A DNA stretch of 28,055 nt, taken from contig JBHGBC010000075.1 in the NCBI GenBank assembly GCA_041946805.1, positions 1 to 28,055 of the forward strand, read 5' to 3'. Of this stretch, positions 1 through 10,300 are shown in pieces. Source of the stretch: a bacterium (GTDB lineage Bacteria; Hinthialibacterota; Hinthialibacteria; Hinthialibacterales; Hinthialibacteraceae). Each line of letters begins with the position of its first letter. The stretch's first letter is position 1. The position numbers were made by a program, and so were the translations under genes. The notes under the pieces are model-generated. The model saw nothing but the letters and a program-made list of their open reading frames with translations, searched no databases and was not told the DNA's origin.

Positions 1-875
1 ACTGGCTGGCCCGCGCCTGGAAAACCTGGAACCAGGCGGCCGCCGGGATCCGTCAGGCCGGCGGCGAATTTTGCGCGTTGTCCGGCACGCTGGAATCGAT
101 CTTCACGCGGATGTCCCAGCACCTGGTCCCGGCTCCGGCGTACCGGGACGCCACGGCCGTCCGGGAATATGTATACAAACCCCGCCGCCGGGCCATCGAA
201 CCGGCCGGTCTTCCCGTATTCAGCCCCCTTTTTTGCGCTTCCGTGGAGCCGGACGCAAAGCCGTTCACCATCACCGGCCTGGTATCCGGCCTGACGTACC
301 GGTTTTCCTTGATCAGCATCGAGGACAACCGCCTTCGGCAGGATTTTTCGCTTCAGGCCAATCCGGAGGGGAAACTGGAGTTGGATCTGGCCCGCTGGAT
401 CCACCCGCTGCAGGAAAAGCAGGGCCGGCCAACGGACTTCGCCTGGTTTCTCCATGAGATCAAGGAAACCGGGATTCCGGGAGACCATTGGGCGTCTGGA
501 TTGGTCTGGCTGGAGCCGGAAACCTCACGCCAGATGACGGAGGAATTCAAACAGGCGCTGGACCAAATCACCGGGACCGAACAAAAAGAGAACCGGATCG
601 CCTCCTTTTTCGATTTGAATTGTCTGGCCGCCCGGGGAGCCTATGTCCAGGCCTACGAACAAGCCCGGCAGGACCTGCTGTTCATTGCCAACCGGTCCTG
701 GGAGGAGAATCCGGTTCTGTACAAGGAAGCGCTGTGGCAATTCATCCATCATGTGGTGACGCAAATGATCGAGCGCATGGCCCGGGCGGAAAGCACGTTT
801 CGCGGTCAAAAACCGGATTGGAAGGCGCTGGCATCCTTGCGGGAGTTGGAAAGCGGTTTAGTGGAGTGGGATTGA
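1..875 (+). CDS. Hypothetical protein, 5'-truncated by the window edge
   Basis: The frame of ORF 78..875 is open back to position 3 (WLARAWKTWNQAAAGIRQ...), so the start lies upstream of the window. Protein-like composition, TGA stop at 873-875. No family recognised. Confidence 0.75.
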   Translation, partial: WLARAWKTWNQAAAGIRQAGGEFCALSGTLESIFTRMSQHLVPAPAYRDATAVREYVYKPRRRAIEPAGLPVFSPLFCASVEPDAKPFTITGLVSGLTYRFSLISIEDNRLRQDFSLQANPEGKLELDLARWIHPLQEKQGRPTDFAWFLHEIKETGIPGDHWASGLVWLEPETSRQMTEEFKQALDQITGTEQKENRIASFFDLNCLAARGAYVQAYEQARQDLLFIANRSWEENPVLYKEALWQFIHHVVTQMIERMARAESTFRGQKPDWKALASLRELESGLVEWD

Positions 876-883
876 AAAATCCT

Positions 884-918
884 CCCTCACCCTGGCCCTG
901 CCCAGAGGGAGAGGGGAG
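884..918 (+). repeat. REP-like GC-rich palindromic repeat, copy 1
   Basis: CCCTCACCCTGGCCCTGCCCAGAGGGAGAGGGGAG just after the stop codon; similar to the reverse complements of 1134-1168 and 22275-22306. Confidence 0.75.
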
Positions 919-1133
919 TGAACAGCCGGGCGTGTGAATCTCCTGATGAACCAGTAAAAAATAGAAATACTCGATCCAACGTTTGGTTCGGCGGGAGCCT
1001 CGCCTGCCTATCCTTTACCCAGATCCTCCATCGGCCAGAATCAATTTATCCTGATCATCGCCGAAAAAAGGATCACGCCTATTTTCTTCTGTTCGATTCA
1101 CGTATCCGGATACACTCCAAGCTCTCCTATCTG

Positions 1134-1168
1134 CTCCCTTTCCCTCTGGGAGAGGGCCGGGGTGAGGG
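1134..1168 (-). repeat. REP-like palindromic repeat, copy 2 (inverted relative to copy 1)
   Basis: Reverse complement reads CCCTCACCCCGGCCCTCTCCCAGAGGGAAAGGGAG. Confidence 0.75.
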
Positions 1169-1272
1169 AAGACGTATCAATGCCCCATCGGTGTCGCGGT
1201 TTTTCTGAATTCTCAGGACTCACATCCGCTACTTGCCACCAATTGCCTTATTCCGGATCCATATTTCAATTC

Positions 1273-1322
1273 AAATAAAAAAGGGAAACTGAACTGGTCT
1301 TGAACCAATCCAGCTTCCCTTT
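1273..1322 (-). terminator. Intrinsic terminator of the giant gene
   Basis: Minus strand AAAGGGAAGCTGGATTGGT-TCAAG-ACCAGTTCAGTTTCCCTTT followed by TTTATTT. The stem is fully paired only with G-U pairs on the minus strand, and lies ~60 nt downstream of the stop at 1380. Confidence 0.8.
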
Positions 1323-1379
1323 ATGGGATTAAATCCATCTACTCCAATTCAAGCCGGACAGCCTGAAGCGCCGAAGCGC

Positions 1380-4300
1380 TTACGGGGCGATAATCGACTG
1401 ATAAATACTGTCCGTGCCCCACACCAGGTATTGCACGCCGTCCGTGATCCTCGCCCAGACTTCCAGGTAGAAGTTATACGGGCAGGTCTGCCAGGGCATG
1501 ATGTCGCCATTGCCATCCAGCGGCAACAAGGGGGACAGGGTGTAGCCCGACACGCCGTTCCAGACCGGCGGCGCGGCGTCGTGCGACCCGGTGTACTGGT
1601 CGTAGGTGAACTGCCCGCCGTAGCGGTTGTTGCCCCAGTAGCAATTCAGCCGGTAATTCATCAGGAATCCGTCGGGATGCCACGCCGTGATCGTGAAGAT
1701 CAGGCTGGAGTTTCCGTTGTGCGGGAAGGTGACCTTCTCGCATTCCATGATTTCCGTCCCGTCCGCGTAGGTGATCTCATCGATCCGCGCCTGCACGGGA
1801 TGGTTGTTGATCTCGATGGTGAAGCGGTCCGAGGTGTTGCGCGGCAACGCCACTTCTTCCACGGAATCGGGGCCCGTCTGGCGGTAGGCCTTGAAGCTGA
1901 CGCTGTATTTCCCGTTGAGGCCGGCCGTGTTCCAGATCATCCGCAGGTCGGTGAAGGTCCAATAGCCCGCCTTGTTCAGAAGGTACAGGTTGGGTACGCC
2001 GCCGATGGTGTGCGGCCCCATTTTCACGGTGGTGGTGGTGACCGTGTTGTCCGGATTGATCGTGAACTGGATCTTGGACAGCGGATCGCTCAACGCGGCG
2101 GTGGCCGACGTGCCGTAGGGCGCGGCCACGATCTGGTAATAGTCCACCGGATCGGACGGGCCGAACAATCCGCGCAGTTCCAGGGCGCCGCCGAACGCGG
2201 TATCCCAATATTTCGGAACGTGCAGGCTGCTTACCACGCTGTCGGAGACCCGGAGCAAGCCATGGGCGGGATGCGCCTTGTCCTTCACGATCTCGGTGAT
2301 GGGGATCTTGCCGATGCTCGTGAAAACAAAGCCGCTGGCCGGGCCCAGGGCGCCGCCGAGGTTGTAGCGGATTCCGCCGAAGGCCCCCATGTCGTTGCGC
2401 GTCCCGTCATTGTCGTTATACTGCGGCGCGGGATTGCCGGCATCGATGCAGGGAGAGGTCGATGCCAGGAAGAAATATCCGTTCGCGGCGTCCACGAAGA
2501 CCGGATCGGCGGAGAGGGCGCCCGCGCCGCCGGAGACCTCGGTCCAAGTGGTTCCGTCACTGACCGCGTAGTAGGAGCCGCCGCCCGTGACGTTGGCGGG
2601 ATCGTAGACATCGTTATACGAAATGACAGGCGCCGCCGGGATCCGCCACAGGATACCGCCGACCGGCGAGGTGTTCCCCCGCACGATGATGTTGTTCATG
2701 ATGACGGGCGCGACCGCGCCGATGTTGAGGGCGGCGAACGAAATGCCCGCGTAATACCCGTAATCGCAGATCGTGTTGTTGACGATCGTGGGCTGGCAGT
2801 TGCCTTGGGCGCGGATGCCCATGCCGCCCACATGGAAAATCACGTTGTTCTGGATCGTGGGAGACGAATCATCCATCCGGATGCCGTCCGCCGCGAGAGA
2901 GGCAAGGTCCATTTCCGTGATCAGGTTTTCCCGGATCGTGAGGGAGGCGGTATGGCAATAGATGCCCAGATCCGCGTTGCGGACGGTAAAGCCGCTGAAG
3001 ATTGTATCGGATCCGATGCCGATGCAATCCACCGCGCGGGTAGCCCCGCCCGCGTCGATGAAGGTCGTGTCGGCGCCGGAGCCCAGGACGCTGAGGCCGT
3101 TCTTCATGACCACGGCTTCCTGGTACTGGCCCGGCATGACCCGGACGATCTGCCGGCGGATGCCCGCGTTGACGCCCTCGGCGATGGTGTTGTAGGGATG
3201 GGTTTGCGTGCCGTCCTCCACCCCTGAGTTATTGTCGTCATCCACCCAGAGGGTCCGGCGGACGAGCAGGTAATCCGTCTCATACCCGCCGCCGCCCGAG
3301 AAGACCACGCTGTCGTGGATCTCCAAGATCGCCGCGCTGCTCATCTGGAGCGTCAGTGTCCGGGTTTGGAATCCGAAATCATACACGGCGGTGAAGGGAT
3401 TGCCGGTGTAGGGAACCGTGATCTCGCCCCAATCGCAATCCGTGGGCACGCAATTCCCGTACGCGTGGAGCGTCATCTGGTTCCCGTCGCGCGTGATGAG
3501 GATTTTCGTCATGCCGCCCGTGTCCGGATCGGCGTTGACCCATTCATCCACGAAACTGCCGGCGGTGATCAGCGGGATAAACGTCACGTCGATGATCGGT
3601 CCCGAGATGATGGGCGTGGGTTTGATCACGGGCGGGATGGAAAAGGTCGGAATGATGACCGGCGTGATCCGGATCGAGGGAAGAATGGGGATGATGGGCA
3701 GCGCCGCCGTCTCGAGTTGCGCGGGCCGCGCGGAAGCGGTTTGGACGCGCGGGGAATCGATCGGTTCGGGAAGGGCCGCGGCCGCCGTGGAGGAAGCCCG
3801 GGTCGTCCCGTCCGCGCCACCCGTTTTCACGAGCGTGACCGCGCCGCTGGTGACCGAATGATACACGCTGTACGTGCCGTACTGCAGATAGACGAATCCA
3901 TCCGTTGTGCGCGTGCCCGCTTCCAGGTAGAACCGGTAGGCGCAATCTTCCCAGGCCATGGGATTGCCGCTCAGGTCCGTGGGCGAGAGCGGAGGCAGCA
4001 GCTGGTCGTTCACGCCCGGCCATAGCGGCGGGGCCGCGTCATGGGATCCCACATACTGGTCATATACGAACCGGCCGCCGAAACGGCTGTGCCCCCAGTA
4101 ACTATCCAACACATAATACCGCAGGAAACCGTTGGCGTGATTGGCGGTGATGTCGAACTGCAACTGCGAGGAGCCGGCGTGCGGGAAGGTGATGTCCTCG
4201 CATTCCACGATGGGGTCGTTGTTCGCGTACAAGACTTGGTTGATCGCGACCTCCAGGGGCGAGTTGTCGAGCCACAAGGTGACATGATCATAGGTGTTGG

Positions 4301-7300
4301 GCAGCAGGTTCACGAGCGCCACCGCGTCCGGCCCCGTCTGCTTGTAGGCTTTGTAATCGAGGCGGTATCGCCCGTTGCGCCCGCCCGTGTTCCAGATCAT
4401 GCGCAGATCCTGCTGGCTCCAGTACCCGGTCTTGTTCAGCTGGTACAAGTTCTGAACTCCGCCGAGGGTTTGAGGTCCCAGTTGGATGCTGGTGGACGTG
4501 GTCGAGCCGTCGGGATGGATGACCGTCAGCGTCTTGACCAGCGGATCACTCAGCGCGAACACCTCCGATCCGTCTTCCGACGTGGCGATGATCTGGTAGT
4601 AATCCACGTCATCGGCGGCCCCGAACAGCCCCCGGAGCCACAGATACCCGCCGAAGGGGGAATCCTGGTATTGCGGAATCGAAAAATCGCTGGCCGCCGC
4701 GGCCGAGACATCCGCCAAGCCGAAGGAAGGATTGCCGGAATCCTGGACGATTTCCGTGATGGGAATCCGGCCCACGGAGGTGAAGAGGAAACCGGTGCCG
4801 GTGTGGGCAATGCCGCCGAGGTCGATCCGGAGGCCGCCGTACGCGCCCATGTCGTTGCGCGATCCGTCGTTGTCGTTATAGGACGGATCGGGATCGCCCG
4901 CGTCGATGCACGGCGAGATGGGAAGCAGGTAGAAATACCCGTTCAGCGCGTCCACGAAGCGGGGATCCACCGCCAGGGCCCCCGCGCCGCCGGACATTTC
5001 GGTCCACGTGGCGCCGTCAGACCGCGCGTAGGCGGAAGTATCGCCCGTGACGTTGGCGGGGTCGAAGACATCGTTGTAGGAGATCACCGGCGTGGCCGGG
5101 GTCTTCCACAAAACGCCCCCGACCGGCAGGGTGTTACCGCGTTGGATGATGTTGTTCTTGATCACCGGCGAAACCGCGCCGATGTCGAGGGAGGCGAACG
5201 AGATCCCCGCGTAGTAACGGTAATCGTAAATCGTGTTGTTGATGATGGACGGCGCGCTGCCGCCCTCGCCGCGGATCCCCATCCCGCCGACCCGGGCGAT
5301 CACGTTGTTCCGGATCTCGGGCGAGGAATTCTGCAGCCGGATGCCGTCGCCCGACGTCGAACCCAGGTCGATGTTGGTGATGACGTTCTCCCGGATTTTG
5401 GGCGAGGCGTTCAGGCAATGGATTCCGGCCGCGAAACCGTTGATGGTGAATCCCGAGACCTCGGTATCCGCTCCGGCTCCGGAACACGAAATCCCGTCGC
5501 CCGCGCCGCTCCCCTTGATGAGCGTGGAATCGGCTCCCGCGCCGATCAGCTTGACGCCGGGCTTCAGGGTCACGGATTCCGGATACGTGCCGGCCCGCAC
5601 GCGGATCGTGTGGTTCACCGCGGCGTCCATGGCTTCCGCGATGGTGTTGAAGGGATAGGCTTCCGATCCGTTCTCGAATCCGCTCTGGTTGTCATCGTCC
5701 ACCCAGAGGGGATCGGCGAGCGCCACGGTGGGATCTTCGATCACGCGGAAGCGGTAGCCGCTCAGGTAAGGACTGCGTTCATCCCCGGTAATCCCGTTGC
5801 AAACATTGTTGACATCACACGTCAAGGTCAGCGGCCAGCCCAGTCCCGTGGCCAGCCCCGTTTCCCCGCCGGAGACGCACTTGTCGAAGGCTTCCGGTCC
5901 CTCGATGCGCACCAGGCCCGGCCCCACTTGGATCGCTGTCCAGGCCCCGTTCCCGAATTGGTTGATGCCGCTCACCAATTGGTCCACCAGGCATTGCACC
6001 GCGGCTTCGCACGACTGGCTGACGCATTGCTCGCAGGAGATTTCCACCCGCACGCTGGCCAGGGCGTCGCACTGGAAGGGATCGCAGCTGGTTCCCGTCC
6101 GGGGAATCAGGGAGAAGATGAATGCGCCGCCATGCTGTTGCGCTTCCCGGCAGGAGATTTCGATGATGTTGTACCACGCGGGTTCCTGCGGCGTCGGCGT
6201 CTTGGTGGGCGTCGGCGGCAGTTGGGGAGTGAACGTGGCCGTCGGCGGCGTTTGGGGCGTAAAGGTGGCCGTGGGGAGGACTTCGATAAACTCACAAATC
6301 CAGCAGATTTTGAGGATGCAGATTTCCGCGCCCTCGACTTCGATCGTGCGGATGCCGCTCGAGCTGCCGAGCGTCAGCGTTTGCACCACCGGATCCGGCG
6401 AGGCGGTGGCGGTGTCCACCAGGTTGTTCGCGTCGTCATACGCGTACAGGGTGCAGGAAGCGGCATGCAAGAGCACCACTTCCACGAATTGCGGGGCCTT
6501 CCCCCGGCATACGTTGCCCGAGAAGGTGATCCGGGCTTTCTGCGCCGCGGTGGCCTCCGACCAGGGGATGGAGATATCCAACTGGTGGTCGCCGGAGCAA
6601 TCGATCACGCTCAAGGGCACGGGGGCCCCGGTTGCCAAGAGGGCCTGCGTGATTTCCACCCAGCCCAAATTGACGCGCGGAATGTCAACCGCCGGGGTGG
6701 TATACACATCCGACGCTTCCACGCATTCCTTCTCGCCCAGACCCCGCGTGGGGGTGGGAGTGGGCCGTTGGACCAGCGTATTCGTGGGAGTGGGAGTCGG
6801 CCGCTCGACCTTCGTGCTGGTGGGAGTCGGGATCCCGATGATCCGGCACACCCAGCAGACGCGCAGGATGCAGATTTCCGAACCGTCGATCTCGATTTCG
6901 CGGATTCCGGAGGGGCTCGTCAGCGTCAAGGTCTGAACCGCCGGACCCGCGGCGGCGGCCGCCGAATCCACGATCGCGCCGCCTTCATCGAAGGCCGTCA
7001 ATATGCAGTAATTCCCATGCATCAAAACCACTTCGACCTGCTGCGGGGCGAGTCCGCCGCAGAGATTGGGCGACAGGCGGATCCGGGCCTTCTGGACCGC
7101 GGTGGCTTCCGACCAGGGAACCGAGACGTCCAGGCGGCCGTCACCGGAGCAATCGGTCACGCTGATGGGCACGGGGCCGCCCGCCGCGGTATAGGCTTGT
7201 GTGATCGCCACCGCGCCCAGGTTGATCATGGGCACGTCCAACTGCGGGGCCGTGTACACATCCCCGGCTTCCACGCATTCCTTGCCGGGGGGCAGCGTGG

Positions 7301-10300
7301 GCGTGGGCCGCGTCACGGGGCCGCACGTCCAGCAAACCCGCAGGACGCAGATATCCCCGCCCTCGATTTCGATCCAGCGGATGCCGGTGGGGCTTTCCAG
7401 GGTCAACGTCTGCACGCCGGGAGCGGCGCCCACGGGAAGCACCACGGCGGCCGTGTCGACGATGGCGCCGCCGTCATCCCGGGCGTACAACGTGCCGGGC
7501 GACAGGGTCATCAATGTCACTTCCACGGTCTGCGGGGCTTGCCCTTGGCAAACGTTGGCCGAGAACACCATCCGGGCTTTCCGTAAGGCGCCGGCGTCCG
7601 GCCCGGGGATAAAGACATCCAGCGCGCTGTCCCGCGAACATTCCTCCACGCTCAGCAGGGCCTGAGTCCCATCGGGTTGGACCGCCGCGAAAAATTCCAC
7701 CCAGCCCAGGTTCACCGAGGAAAGGTTGGCCGCCGGCGTGGTGTAGACATCCCCCGCCTCCACGCATTGTTTTTCGCCCAAGCCCGTTGTGGGAGTCGGA
7801 GTGATCCGCGGCGTGGGCGATGGCGTGGGCAGGAAGCTGGGAATGAATTCTTGCCAGCGGTACCGCTCGGCGTGGATGTCCACCTTGAGGACCTTGCCGG
7901 ACGGGACATCCGGCAGAATCAACACGCCGTCCTCGCTGGTGATGCCGTTGACCGAGGAGTCATCGGACAACGCCAGGTTCAACAAGGCCCCCGCAACCGG
8001 CTGGCCGTTTTCGCCCACCAACCGCAGCAAGGTCCCCAATTCATACGCCTCGAGGATCACCTTGATCGGCCCGGTGAACACGATCCCGTAGCGCCGGATG
8101 GTCAGTTCCGGATCGCCGAGCAGGATGTAGCAGAACGTGTTGTTATCCCAACTGCCCGAGTCGCCGGTGAGGTTCCAGGAGATTTGTTCCGCTTCGGCCA
8201 GGGCCGGCGACAGGCGGGTGAAGTTGGAATCGTAGATGGCGCGGAAAACGCCCTTGGCGCGGTTGTGGTTTTCCGTGGTGTACGAATTGACGGAAGCGCC
8301 CCAATGCGCCACCGCCCCCGCGGCGCGGTTCATCCAGGCCTCGCCGATGCAATCGCTGGTCTTGATCCGCCCGTTCTGGCAGGCGATCGAGTAGATGATC
8401 GGATACACCGAGTTGTCCAGCAGGGGCAACTCGTTGGTCATGTCGAAGTCGTTGCCGTATGATGAGGAACCGTCCCATCCCGCGACCCACGAGGAAGTGT
8501 CCCCATGCCCGCGGTACAGCACCTGGCCGCGGCCTTCGTTGATGGCGTCGATCACGTCCTGGTTGATGGCCCGGGGCGTGGCCGAGGTCTTCGCGCCCGC
8601 GTGGAACACTTCGAAGGTGGGCGGGTTGGTGTACGCGCCGTAACTCGCGATTTCGTTGACCGCCGCCGCGTACTTGGAGGGATGCGACGAACAGACACCG
8701 AGGCAGCCGTCGTCATTCTGGCTGTTCGCGCACAGGGTGGCGGTGCTGGGCCAGGTCCCGAACGCGAAGCCTTGCTCGTAGCTGAGGATCTTGTTGAGTT
8801 GGAACTGCAGCTCGTCCGCGGAATTGCAGGAGAGCCGCCCCACGTACAGGCTCGGGAACCGGTCCGACCCGATGACTTCGTAGACGTGGTCCGAATCCGC
8901 GTCACTGAAGTCGGGGCTGGCGTCGATCCGGCTGGTCCGGCCGGCGGGGACTTCATCCACGTCGCCGATAATCAGCACATAAACACCCTTGCAGTAGTGT
9001 TCCTTGAAATAGTCCTCGATATAGGCGTCGATCGCGTTCCGGTCGGCGGCCACGTCCGCGCCGGCGCCGACCGTCACCACGTCCACGAACAGGCCTTTGG
9101 ACCGTTTGAAATTGATCAGATCCGTCAACTGGCTCTCATATTTCGAGGGAGTCAGGATCAGATAATGCGCTGAACGGGAGGCTTCGATCCGGATGCCCTT
9201 GGCCGTCAGCGATTCCCGCAGCGCCTCGCCGTTGATGAACGGCAGTTTGAAGATCCATGAATCCCAGGCGATCGGGCAGGGGAAATCCAGAATCAGATCG
9301 CCCAGCACGCCGCCCGGATGCAGCACTTCGATGTCGATCGTGGAGGCGATCTGCACCACCTTGGGCGACACGGCCTTCACCAGGGGCGTCCTCAGCTCCA
9401 ATCCGGAGAACGCGCCGGCATGGGTGATGTCGGACAGGTTCCGCTCCGGCCCGGTGTATTCACCCTTGAAGTCCGAGTAAAACGTCTCGTCCACCAGTTC
9501 CGGAGGCGTATAGCCGTACCGGCTCTCCTCCTGGGTTTGATCCAATCCCTCGAAGCCCGCGGGAACCAAGGGGAAGGGCAGGTTGACGGCGTTGACTCCG
9601 GCGGTCTGCGCGGTGAAGACAATCGAGTCCCGGTTGGTTTTCGAATTGACCGCCAGGATGCCGGCGAGGACCGGAATGCGCGGCCGCGCGCCACTGGGAT
9701 CGATTCCCAGCCGGAGCATCTCCTCCCCGGTCCGCGGGAAGGAAGTCTGCTTGGCGAGTTCTTCCGGGAATACCGGCTGGAAGGCCCGGACGGACAACGC
9801 CCGGCGGTATTTCTCCTTCGACAACGGCGGATGGCTGCTTTCCTTGGGGAACTCGTACCATTCCGCGCCGGGCTCGAAACCCTGGCCGTCCAGCTCCCCG
9901 ATATCCGGGAAGTCGATGCGGGAGAATTCCCGCCCCGCGTAATTGACTTTGGATACCCAGTATCCGGGAATCTGCAGGCGCAGGATCGTCCGGTCCTCGT
10001 TGGTCTCCAGCACGCTGACGTGGATCGGCGAGCCGGGTTCCAGTTTGGGATCGAAGGGCACCCAGGTCGGGGGCGCCACCGGTTGGGTGGGCGAGCAGTT
10101 CCAACAAATCCGCAGGATACAGATTTCCGCGCCGGTGATGGTGATCCGCTTGATCCCGCTGGCGCTGGTGAGGATGAGCGTTTGCTGCGCCGGTCCCGGA
10201 GCGGTCACGGCGCTGTCCACCAGCGCGTTGGAATTGTCATACGCCAGGAAGGTGGCGGAAGCGAAGCACACCAGGTCGATCCGCACTTCCACGGGACCCT

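Noticed and set aside
918..1208. 96-aa ORF between the REP-like repeats
   Set aside because: Runs through the repeat (LPFPLGEGRGEG is its translation); likely spurious.
1323..3227. 634-aa plus-strand ORF
   Set aside because: Antisense shadow of the giant gene; Arg/Gly/Val-rich with no motifs, as expected opposite a GC3-biased CDS.
4041..7586. 1181-aa plus-strand ORF (also 11985-13304 and 13356-15281)
   Set aside because: Same antisense-frame artefact; the minus-strand ORF carries all recognisable motifs.
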